The notes under the pieces: model-generated
What the model was told of the DNA's origin: nothing
Databases searched by the model: none
Seen by the model: only the letters and a program-made list of their open reading frames with translations
Part shown: piece after piece, positions 11,664 through 24,186 of the stretch
Layout: each line of letters opens with the position of its first letter
Numbering within the stretch: position 1 is the first letter of the stretch
Source: Torpedo marmorata
Taxonomy: Eukaryota
NCBI GenBank assembly: GCA_977017645.1
Contig: OZ360221.1
Location: 120,962,001 to 121,026,000, forward strand
Direction of reading: 5' to 3'
DNA length: 64,000 bases
Translations under genes and position numbers: made by a program

Positions 11664-14624
11664 TTTTTTATTTTTTAAATATTTTATTTAAAATTTTAAA
11701 TCACAAAATACATAAGGTAAAATATGAAATTATCAAAATACTTGTGATACATTTTCACACTCCCATCCCTACTAATCTACTAAAATTAAAATAAAAAAGA
11801 AAGAAAAAGATAGAATGAGGAGAATGTCAATCTAAAAAACACATCTATAAACTAATTTTATTGTGGAGGATAGGTTCACCAGTCAGATCCGATGTCCAGA
11901 GATCTTCAAATCCTGAAACCAACAGCCTTCATATATGGGCTCCATATTTTCAAAAAGAAATGATATTTATTACGTAAATTATGTAATTTTTTCAAGTGGT
12001 ATACATGAACGAAGTTCTGCATGCCATCTCTCTAACCCTAAATCTACATCAGATTTCCATGTAATAGCAATACATTTCTTAGAAACAGCTAAAGCAATTC
12101 GCAAAAATTCTATTTGATACATATTTAATTTCATCTTAATACTAATTCTTTTAATATCTCCAAACAAAAATATCATAGGGTCCATTGGAAGTATAATACT
12201 CAATACTTTATCTAAATTTTTTTTAACTTTCAACCAAAAATCATAAATCTTTGGACAAATCCATGTGGAATGTACAAAAGAACCTTCCTCTCTGTTACAT
12301 CTAAAACATAAACCTGATAATGTCGAATTAAATTTCTTTAATTTTTTAGGCGTTAAATATAATTGATAAAAAAAGTTATATTGAACTAATCTATATCTAA
12401 CATTAATAATCTTCATCATACTTAATTTACATAATTCTTTCCAGTGTTCTTCATCTATTATTACATTCAAATCTGATTCCCATTTTAATCTTGATTTATG
12501 AATTCCTACTTTAGGGATTTTTCTCTGAAACAATCTATACATTTGAGAAATAAATTTATTTACATCTCCATTAGAAATTAATAATTCTAGTTCACTTTGT
12601 CTTGGTAAAGTCAAACGATAACCTAACTTCCCACCTAAAAATGCTCTAATTTGATAATAAGCAAAAAGTGTATAATTCAATACATTAAACTTAACCTTCA
12701 TTCTTTGAAAAGTAATAAATTTACCAGCTTCAAAACAATCATTTATTTTCTTAATTCCCTTTTGGAACCAAATTTTAAATAATTGATTATCAACAGTAAA
12801 TGGAATAAGTTTATTTTGATATAAAGGCATTTTTGGAGAAATCGACCCTTGCCCTCCTATCTCCCTATCCACTCTATTCCATATTTCTAAAAAATGTTTA
12901 AAAATAGGAGAATTCTTCCCTTTCGTTAATAATAATTTAGAATTCCATTTATAAATAACTTCTTCTTTCAAATCTTCTATATTATTTAATTCTATTCTAA
13001 TCCAAGCAGAAGACTTAGTTAAATCAAACATTTCATTAACAAATTTTAATTGAGCTGCTTTATAATAATTTTGAAAATTAGGAAGTTGCAAACCACCCAT
13101 TTCATATTTCAAAGTTAACTTCTCCATAGCTACTCTAGCCAACTTTCCTTTCCACAAAAACTCCTAATAATTAAATTTAAATCTTTAAAAAATTTCGAAG
13201 GGATTTCATAAGGAATTGATTGAAAAAGATATTGAATTCTTGGAAAGACATTCATTTTAATATAGTTTACCCTTCCTATTAAAGTTATAGGTAAGTCCTT
13301 CCAGCTTTCTAAATCTTTTTTAATCTTCATAAATAATGATAAATAATTTAATTTATATAAATTAGTTAATTTTGTACCAATCTTTATTCCCAAATATTTA
13401 ATTCCTTCCTTTGACCATTTAAATTGTGTAATTTCTTTACATTTACTATAATCCCCTTGTGTTAATGCCATAACTTCACTTTTATCAGAATTAATCTTAT
13501 AACCAGATATTTCCCCATATTCTCTCAATAAAACAGTTAATTGTATTAAAGAAGTAATAGGTTTTGTCATATAAATCAATACATCATCTGCAAATAAACT
13601 AATTTTATGCTCTTCTCTTCCAACATTAATATCTGCAATCTTAATGTCTAATTAATTCTGCCAAAGGTTCTATTGCTAAAATAAACAATGCTGGCGACAA
13701 AGGACATCCTTGTCCAGTTGACCTAGTCAAAGAAAATTTTGAAGAAATTTGTCCATTTGTCACCACTTTAGCAGATGGTTTTCTTTATATATAGTTTTAA
13801 TCCAATTAATAAATGTAGTTCCAAAACCAAATTTCCCCAATACCTTAAATAAATAATTCCACTCTAACCTGTCAAAAGCCTTTTCAGCATCTAATGTTAA
13901 TACTAATGCCAAATCATCTTTTTTTTTCCACATTAATTAAACTAATTAATCTAGCTATGTTATCTTTTGAATATCTATTCTTAATAAAACCAGCTTGATC
14001 TACATGGATTAAATCTGGTAAATAATTAGACACTCTATTTGCTAAAATTTTTGCCATTATCTTATAATTTAACAACGAAATTGGTCAATATGATTCTGTT
14101 TTCTTCTTTAGGTATAACTGTAATTATTGCAGTCGAAAATGTTTCCGATAACGAATGAGTTTCCGTTATTTGTTTCAACACATCCATATATGGAGGTATC
14201 AATAAATCTTTAAACTCCTTATAAAATTCTGATGGGAAAGCATCCTCCCCTGGAGATTTACCACTCGTTAAAGAACTAAGAACATCATTAACTTCCCTCA
14301 TTGAAAAAGACGAGTCTAAAAATTCTTTACTTTGAGTATTTAATCTAGGTAACTTAATTTTAGATAGAAATTCATTAATTTTAGAATCATCTTCATCAAT
14401 CTGAGATTTATATAAATTCAAATAAAAATCCTTAAAAGAATCATTTATATCTCGAGGTTTATATGTTATTTTCTTAGAATTCTTTTTTATAGCATTTATA
14501 GTTCTAGAAGTTTGATCTTTCTTTAATTGCCACGCCAACACTTTATGTGCTCTTTCTCCCAATTCATAATATCTTTGCTTAGTTCTTTCAATTAATTTTT
14601 CCATTTTATATGTTTGTAACATAT
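11664..14624 (-). mobile_element. L1-clade LINE copy A, 5'-truncated ORF2
   Basis: ORFs 14062-14622, 13130-13579 and 11979-13157 (GKSPGED.FP.EFYK, MNVFPRIQYLFQ, CFRC...HSTW.CP); A-rich 3' end at ~11664. Confidence 0.9.
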
Positions 14625-16800
14625 TTTTTAAAAAATATTTTATTTAAAATTTTTAAATCACAAAATACATAAAATAAAATATGAAATTATCAAAATATTT
14701 GTGATACATTTTCACCCCCCCTCCCACCCTCCCCTCCCCAACCCTCCCAACCCCACTAATCTAATAAAAATAGAAAATAAAAATAGAAAAAGAGGAAAAA
14801 AAAAGAAGAAAGAAAAGATAGAGTAAGGAGAATGCCAATCTAAAAAAAAAATCTATAAACTAATTCTATTATGGAGGTCAGGTATGCCAGTAGATCCGAT
14901 ACCCAGAGATCTTCAAATCCTTAAACCAACAACTTTCATATATGGGCTCCAAATTTTTAAGAAAAAATGATATTTGTTACGTAAATTATAAGTAATTTTT
15001 TCAACTGGTATACATGAACGAAGTTCTGCATGCCATCTTTCTAACCCCAAATCTACATCAGATTTCCAAGTAATAGCAATACATTTCTTTGAAACAGCTA
15101 AAGCAATTCGCAAAAATTCTATTTGATACATGTTTAATTTCATCTTAATACTAAATTTTCTAATATCTCCGAACAAAAATATCATAGGATCCATTGGAAA
15201 TATAATCTTAAATACTTTATCTAAATTTTTTTTAAACTTTCAACCAAAAATCATAAATTTTGGACAAAACCAAGTAGAATGTACAAAAGAACCTTCCTCT
15301 TTATTACATCTAAAACATAAACCTGATAATGTCGGATTAAATTTCTTTAGTTTTTTAGGTGTTAAATATAATTGATGAAAAAAATTGTATTGTACTAATC
15401 TATATCTAACATTAATAATCTTCGTCATACTTAATTTACATAATTATTTCCAATGATTTTCATCTATTATTACATTCAAATCTAATTCCCATTTTAATCT
15501 TGATTTATGAATTCCTACTTTAGGAATTTTCCTCTGAAACAATTTATACATTTGAGAAATAAATTTATTGACATCTCCTTTAGTAACTAATAATTCTAAT
15601 TCATTCTGTCTTGGTAAAATCAAAGCATAGCCTAATTTCTCAATCAGAAAAGCTCTAATTTGATAATAAGCAAAAAGTGTATTATCTAATATATTAAATT
15701 TATCTTTCATTCTTTGAAAAGTAATAAATTTCCCAGCTTCAAAACAATCATTAATCTTCTTAATTCGTTTTTGAAACCAAATTTTAAATAATTGATTATT
15801 AAAAGTAAATGGAATAAGTCCATTTTTATATAAAGGCATCCTTGAAGAAATCAATCATTTTCCTCCTATTTCCTTATCTGTCTTATTCCATATTTCTAAC
15901 AAATGTTTAAGAATAGGAGAATTTTTTCTTCTTGTTGATATTAATTTAGAGTCCCATTTATAAATAACTTCTTCTTTAGAATCTTCTCCTATATTATTTA
16001 ATTCTATTCTAATCCAAGCAGAAGATTTAGTTAAATCAAAAAATTCATTAACAAATTTTAATTGAGCTGCTTTATAATAATTTTGAAAGTTAGGAAGTTG
16101 TAAACCACCCATTTCATAATTCCAAGTTAATTTTTCTATACTTACCCTTGCCAACTTTCCTTTCCATAAAAACTTCCTAATAATTGAATTTAAATCTTTA
16201 AAACATTTTTGAGGAATTTCATAAGGAATTGATTGAAAAAGATATTGAATTCTTGGAAAAACATTCATTTTAATACAATTTACTCTTCCCATTAAAGTTA
16301 TAGGTAAATCTTTCCAATTTTCTAAATCTTTTTTAATTTTCATAAACAATGGTAGATAATTTAATTTATATAAATTAACCAATTTTGTATCAATCTTTAT
16401 TCCCAAATATTTAATTCCTTCTTTTGCCCATTTAAATTGTGTAATTTCTTTACATTTACTATAATCCCCTTGCGTTAATGCCATAATTTCACTTTTATCA
16501 GAATTAATTTTATATCCAGATATTTCCCCATATTCTCTCAATAAAGCAGACAATTGTACTAAAGATGTAATAGGTTTTGTCATATATATCAATACATCAT
16601 CTGCAAATAAACTAATTTTATGTTCTTCCGCTCCAACTTTAATACCTACAATTTTAACATCTTTTCTAATTCTGCCAAAGGTTCTATCGCTAAAGTAAAT
16701 AGTGCTGGTGATAAAGGACATCCTTGTCTAGTAGATCTAGTCAGAGGAAATCTTGAAGAAATTTGTCCGTTTGTAACTACTTTAGCAGATGGTTCTTTAT
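14625..16800 (-). mobile_element. L1-clade LINE copy B (same family as A), 5'-truncated within RT
   Basis: KISLFADDVLIY in ORF 15855-16721; 3' UTR near-identical to A, with a G-rich tract. Confidence 0.9.
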
Positions 16801-18140
16801 GACCTTTAATGTTGTTGAAAGATCAGTCAGTTAATGAGGATGTACAGTTAAATTTGTTAGATTATGTTTCAAAGTTCAAAGATCATTTACAGAAGGTCTG
16901 TCAGATAGCTGAGGAGAATTTTAAAATGGCTCAAGATGATATGAAGGTTTGGTATGACAGAAAAGCCAGAGAGAGAATTTTTAAACCAGGGGATAAAGTG
17001 TTAATTCTTTTTCCAACAATTTCTAATCCTCTCAGAGAAAAATTTTCACGACCTTATGAAATAGAATCTAAGGTAAATGAAGTTAATTATGTGGTTAAAA
17101 CTCCTGATAGGAGATGTAAAACACAGTTGCCACGTTAACATGTTAAAACCTTATTTTGAGAATTTGGATGTCAGCCAGAAGCAGCCTTCACCAGAGGTAT
17201 TGGTTGTGGAGAAAATTGAGGCGGTTATGGATCATGAGACCATACAAGCTGATTCTTGTGAGAGTCATTTTAAAGAGAATATTGTTACAGTTTGTTTACT
17301 TAATTCAAGTATATTGGAAGATTTGGATGAGAAGTTGGCTCATTTGAAACCTCAGGAAAAGGAACAAATAGGACAGTTGATTTTAAAATACAGAAATTTA
17401 TTTCTGGATGTGCCACAGATCGCTTGCCATGATGTTGATGTTGGAGATGCAAATCCTATCAAATAGCATCCATATAGAATGAATATTGAAAATTGTAAAT
17501 AGGTAGATCAAGAGATTGAGTACATGTTAAAGAATGATATTATTAGACGTTCTACTTCAGATTGGAGTTCACCTTGTGTACTGGTACCTAAATCAAATGG
17601 GACAGTTAGATTTTGCACTGATAATAGAAAAGTTAATGCAGTGACAAAAACAGATGCTTATCCTATCCCGAGGGTGGATGATTGTGTGGATAAGATTGGA
17701 AAAGCTACCTTTCTTACAAAAATAGATTTATTAAAGGTAACAGAAAGAGGAATGGAAATTTCATCCTTTGTAACCCCATCGGTTTTATATGAGTACAATG
17801 TTTTACCATTTGGAATGAAGAATGCTCCAGGAACATTTCAAAGGATGATTAATTCTGTGACTCAAGATTTAAAACATGCAGATGCTTATATTGACGACTT
17901 GGTTACAGGGAATGATACATGGGAAGAACACATCTCTGCTTTAGAGAAATTGTTTGATAAACTTTTGAAAGCCAATCTTACTGTTAATTTAGCTAAAAGT
18001 GAATTTTGTCATGCTAAGGTGACTTATCTTGGTTATGTTGTTGGCCAAGAAAAAGTGGCGCCTGTTCAAGCTAAAGTTTAGACAATTATTGAATGTCTTG
18101 TACCCACGAGTAAGAAAGCTGTGAGGAGATTTTTAGGCTT
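16801..18140 (+). mobile_element. Gmr1-like Ty3/Gypsy pol fragment (integrase upstream of RT), no LTRs
   Basis: Integrase C-terminus (WYDRKARERIFKPGDKVL..RPYEI..HVNMLKPY) directly precedes RT (WSSPCVLVPK..RFCTD.RKVNAVT..DAYPIP..YIDD). The IN-before-RT order is diagnostic of Gmr1 elements. Confidence 0.82.
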
Positions 18141-18228
18141 ATGTGTCTAAGAAATTCAATCAACACCAAAACAATTATTCTACTATTGAAAAGTAATTAT
18201 TGTCTCTTGTATGGGCTTTGCAACACTT

Positions 18229-21200
18229 CAAAAAAAATTTATTTAAAATTTTAAATCACTCGATAATACATATTATAAAATGCAAAATTATCAAAATACA
18301 TGTGATATATTTTCACCCCCCCCTCCCTCCCTCCCCTCCCTAATCCTCCCACCNNNNNNNNNNNNNNNNNNNNNNNNNNNNNNNNNNNNNNNNNNNNNNN
18401 NNNNNNNNNNNNNNNNNNNNNNNNNNNNNNNNNNNNNNNNNNNNNNNNNNNNNNNNNNNNNNNNNNNNNNNNNNNNNNNNNNNNNNNNNNNNNNNNNNNN
18501 NNNNNNNNNNNNNNNNNNATGTCAATCTAAAAAAGAACAACTATAAACTAATTTTATTGTGGAACATAGGTTCGCCAGTCAGATCTGATATCCAGAGATC
18601 TTCAAATCCATATTTTCAAAAAGAACTGATATTTGTTACGTGAATTATAAGTAATTTTTTCAAGTGGTATAGCTGAACGAAGTTCTGCATGCCATCTCTC
18701 TAACCCTAAATCTACATCAGATTTCCATGTAATAGCAATGCATTTCTTAGAAACAGCTAAAGCAATTTGCAAAAATTCTATTTGATACATATTTAATCTC
18801 ATCTTAATACTAATTCTTTTAATATCTCCTAACAGAAATATCATAGGATCCATTGGGAGTGTATTTCTTAATACTTTGTCTAAAAACTTTTTAACTTTCA
18901 ACCAGAAATCATATATCATTGGACAAAGCCATGTAGAGTGTACAAAAGAACCTTCCTCTCTATTACATCTAAAACATAAACCTGATAATGTCGTCTTAAA
19001 TTTCTTTAATTTCTTAGGTGTTAAATATAATTGATGTAAAAAATTATATTGCACCAACCTATATCTAACATTAATAATCTTCGTCATACTTTGTTTACAT
19101 ATTTCTTTCCAATGTTCCTCATCTATCGTTACATTCAAATCTGATTCCCATTTTAATCTTGATTTATGAATTCCTAATTTAAGCATTTTCCTCTATAACA
19201 ATCTATATATTTGAGAAATACATTTATTTACATCTCCATTAGTAACTAATAATTCCAATTCACTTTGTCTTGGTAAAGTCAAACTATAACCCAACCTTTC
19301 AACTAAAAATGCTCTAATTTGATAATAAGCAAAAAGTGTATTATTTAATACATTAAACTTCTCTTTCATTCTTTGAAAAGTAATAAATTTACTAGCTTCA
19401 AAACAATCATTTATTTTTTTAATTCCTTTTTGGAACCAAATTTTAAATAATTGATTATCAATAGTAAATGGAATAAGTTTATTTTGATATAAAGGCATTT
19501 TTCGAGAAATTAACCCTTTCCCTCCTATCTCCCTATCCACTTTATTCCATATTTCTAACAAATTTTTTAAAATAGGAGAGTTTTCACCTCCTCTTAATAG
19601 TAATTTAGAATTCCATTTATAAATAACTTCTTCTTTCAAATCTTCTTCTATATTATTTAGTTCTATTCTAATCCAAGCAGAAGATTTTCCTAAATCAAAC
19701 ATTTCATTAATACATTTTAATTGAGCTGCTTTATAATAATTTTGAAAATTGGGAAGTTGTAAACCACCCATTTCGTAATCCCAGGTTAATTTCTTCATAC
19801 CTACTCTAGCCAACTTTCCTTTCCACAAAAATTTCCTAATAATTAAATTTAAATCTTTAAAATATTTTTGAGGAATTTCATAAGGAATTGATTGAAAAAG
19901 ATATTGAATTCTTCGAATAACATTCATTTTTATACAATTTACCCTTCCTATTAAAATTATAGGTAAATCGTTCCAACTTTCTAAATCTTTTTTAATATTC
20001 ATAAATAATTGTAAATAATTTAAGTTATATAAATTTGCTAATTTTGTATGTTTTTATTCCCAAATATTTAATTCCATAATTTGACCATTTAAATCGTGTC
20101 ATTTCTTTACATTTATTATAATCTCCTTGTGTCAATGCCATAATTTCACTTTTATCAGAATTAATCTTATAACCAGATATTTCCCCATATTCTCTCAATA
20201 AAACATTCAGTTGTGTTAAATAAGTAATAGGTTTTGTCATGTAAATCAATACATCATCTGCAAATAAACTAATTTTATGTTCTTCTTTTCCAACTTTAAT
20301 ACCTACAATCTTAATATCTTTTCTAATTAATTCTGCTAAAAGTTCTATTGCTAGAATAAACAATGTTGGCGACAAAGGGCATCCTTGTCTAGTTGACCTC
20401 GTCAACAAAAATTTTGAAGAAATTTGTCACCACTCTGGCAGAGGGTTCTTTATATATAGTTTTAATACAATTAATAAATGTAGTTCCAAAACCAAATTTT
20501 TCCAATACCTTAAATAAATAATTCCACTCTAATCTATCGAAAGCCTTTTCGGCATCTAATATTAATATTAATGCTAATTCTTCTTTCTTTTGTGCCACAT
20601 TTATTAAACTAATTAATCTAGCTATATTAACTTTTGAATATCTATTCTTAATAAAGCCTGCTTGATCTACATGGATTAAATCTGGTAAATATTTAACCAC
20701 TCTATTTGCTAAAATTTTTGCCATTATCTTATAATCGACATTTAGCAATTAAATTGGTCTATATGATTCTGTTTTCAACAAATCTCTATCTTTTTTAGGT
20801 ATAACTGTTATTATTGCATTTGAAAATGTTTCCGGTAGAGAATGAGTTTCCGTTATTTGTTTTAACACCTCCATATATGAAGGTATCAATAAATCTTTAA
20901 ATTCCTTATAAAATTCTGATGGGAAACCATCCTCCCCCGGAGATTTTACACTTGTTAAAGAACTAAGAACATCATTAACATCTCTCATCGTAAACAATGA
21001 ATCTAAAAGTTCTTTACTTTGAATATTTAATCTGGGTAACTTAACTTTAGATAAAAATTCATTAATTTTAGAATCATCTTTATCAGTTTGAGATTTATAT
21101 AAATATAGATAAAATTCCTTAAAATAATCATTTATTTCTCGTGGTTTATATGTTATTTTCTTTGAATTCTTTTTTATAGCACTTATAGTTCTAGAAGTTT

Positions 21201-24143
21201 GTTCTTTCTTTAATTGCCACGCTAACACTTTATGAGCTCTTACTCCCAATTCATAATATCTTTGCTTAATTCTTTCAATTAATTTTTCCATTTTATATGT
21301 TTGTAACGTATCATTTTTTTTCGATTAAATTCTCCCTCTTTTCGTCTGATCTCTTTTGCAAATCCTTCTTCAAAAACTCGATCTCCTTCTCCAAATTATC
21401 CAATTCCTGAATATATTCCTTCTTAACTTTTGCTGAATAACTTATTATTTGACCTCTTAAATAAGCCTTTAGAGCTTCCCAAATAATAAATTTATTGTCA
21501 ATCGAATTAGAATTAATCTGTAAAAATTCTTGAATTTTTCTTCTTATATAATTACAAAAATCCGTTCTTTTCAATAAAGAAGAATTAAATCTCAATCTAT
21601 ATATAATTTTTTCTTTTTCTGGAATTATACATGACATTAATAGAGGTGAATGATCAGAAATTATTCTTGCTTTATATTGTGCTTGTGATGACAATAAAAA
21701 CATGTCTATTCTAGAATAAGAATCATGTCTAAAAGAATAAAAGGAATAATCTTTTTCTCTTGGATTCAACTTCCTCCAAATATCTATTAAATTTAAATCT
21801 TTCTTCAAAGTAAGAATTATTTTAGCAGTTTTAGTTCTGATAGTTGATTTTGATGTATTATCCATTATTGGATCTAAACAACAATTAAAATCCCCACCAA
21901 TTAAAATATTATCATTTGCTTCTGACAAGTGCATAAAAGAATCTTGAATAAATTGTTCATATTCCGTATTTGGCACATATATATTCATGAGTGTCCACAT
22001 TTCTGAATATATCTGACAATTTATTAAAACATATCTTCCTGACACATCTATAACCACAGATTGTATTTTAAAAGGTAACTTTTTATTAATTAATATAGCA
22101 ACTCCTTCTGCTTTAGAATTAAATGAAGACGCAATCACTTGACCAACCCATTCTCTGTTCAACTTCTGATGTTCTATATCTGTCAAATGTGTCTCCTGTA
22201 AAAAAGCTATAATATATGCTAAAGTTTTCTTCCTTTTAATCGAATTATTTAGCCCATTTATATTAATACTTACTACATTTATTAATTTACTATCCGCTAT
22301 TTCTAATATTTAATAACTCTCTCTCCATCAGACCTACCGGTTCCCCCTTCCACATTTGTAATCTATTTGACATCTCCTTAGAAAGAAAAATAAAAAAAAG
22401 AAAAAGAAAAAAAAAACTAAAAAACCCACTATATTTAATACTGGTATAATTACCCCAGTACTACCCCCCTCCATTGTTCGGGAAGTGGCCCTCGCCACTA
22501 AGGTGATGTGTGACTAGGTACGGAGAAGACAAAAAGTCCACCCCCCCCAACAGATTTTACACAACATTTGTTATCATTTCTTCATCCAGCTTCTTCGAGA
22601 TCTCTGTTAGCTTGATCCTCATCCATTTCGACCCCATCTTCTTGTCCTGAGACTCTTGGTGAGTCGGTACAATAACTTGAACTTGAATTTGCCCCATCAA
22701 ATCTTGATCTTTCTTTAATTTCAGAAGTGAATTTGCATGCTCCAAAGCTTCTTTATAATCAGTAAAAAAGAATGACTGATTGTCTGCAGACTGAACCTTC
22801 AATGTCGCAGGACATCTAAACGAAAATTTATATCCTTTACTGCAAAGTATTGCTCTCGCTGGGTTAAATTCTTTTTGTTTTTTAATTATTACTGCGCTTA
22901 GATCAGCATAAAAAATACCCTATTTTTATTAATTATCAATGGACTCTGGTTCATTCTAGCATTTTGAACAGCTAATTTCAGTATCTTCTCTTTATCCTGG
23001 TATCAAAAACATCTGATTAACACTGAACGTGGCCTTTGTCCAGGATACGGTTTTTTTCTGCTATCTCTATGGGCTCTATCTAATTCCAGTCCATATGGAA
23101 AGTGATCAGTACCCAAACCTTGTGGAATCCACTCTTGAAAAAATTTAGTTATGTTCACCCCTTCAAAGTCCTCAGGCAATCCCACGAGTTTAACATTATT
23201 TCTCCGACTCTGATTTTCCAATACATTTATTTTTTGTAAAAGTTCATTTCTTTGTTGCTCCCAACCTGTAAATGAGTCTTCCACTTTTTCTACTCTGTCT
23301 TTATATTACACCATTTCTTCATAGTGCTCTTTAACATCATTTTCAAATTTCTGGACTTTCGATATTACTTTATCCACAGTATTTGTATGTTTTCCCATAT
23401 CTTGCTTCATGTCTCTCATTTCTTCTTCAATTCCATTAAATCTAAATTCCATGTGTTGATTCATCTTTGACACTTGTTTTGTTAAATTGTCCATAGCTTT
23501 AATCAAAGTCTCTGATATTTCCTGTTTAGCCTGTGGTAATTGAGCCTCTTCTCCACTTAGTCCTTCATCCTCTCCCTCTATTTCTTCTATTTCTTCCTCC
23601 ATTTCTTCATCTTTCTCTCTCTTTTTGTCTTCTGAATCTGTTGATGATAAAAATTCCTGTCCCACATCATATTGAAATGATTGAAGGGCTCTTCTTTTGC
23701 CGTCAGCCTTAGCTGACAGCTCCCGTTCTCTATCGCGCATGCGCACCATTTCGCGCATGCGCGATCACTCACTTTCAGATTGTAGTTCTTTAGTCTTCTT
23801 TCGAGCGCCAGCGCCATCTTACCCAGCTCCCCGGGAGGACAGCGCTGGCGCGGAAGTTACCTTAAGCGTCTTTGTCTGCGTCTTCCTGGGAGGGAGAGAA
23901 ACTTGAGCCCAAGGCTCCATCGAAAAGTTAGGCCGATCTACCTATTGAATTAAACTTTCCTGAAACACTACTTTTTTTGCCTTTTGTTCCTTTCCTTTTC
24001 TTGTAGTCATTGTTGAATCATTAATAAACAATCTTAACTTTTTTAAATAACTAAATAAAGTTTTTTTAAACAGGTTTTAATTAATTCTGTAGGGAGAGGT
24101 GTATTTCCACGTCTCCAACCTATACCATCACGCCACACCCCCC
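18229..24143 (-). mobile_element. Full-length (~5.9 kb) decayed L1-clade LINE copy C: ORF1 ~24010-22557, ORF2 ~22300-18602
   Basis: 15-bp TSD GGCTTTGCAACACTT at 18214-18228 and 24144-24158. ORF1 has LENQSRRNNVKLVGLPE..ELDRAHR; ORF2 has APE (IGGDFN, SRIDMF, SDHSP) and RT (TRQGCPLSP, LFADD). Several stops and frameshifts. Confidence 0.93.
18354..18518. other. Assembly gap (165 N) in the G-rich 3' UTR of L1 copy C
   Basis: Run of N. Confidence 0.99.
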
Positions 24144-24186
24144 GGCTTTGCAACACTTTGAGGTTTATATTTGCAATGCTATGGGA

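Noticed and set aside
18280-18546. ORFs spanning the N run
   Set aside because: Artefacts of the assembly gap.
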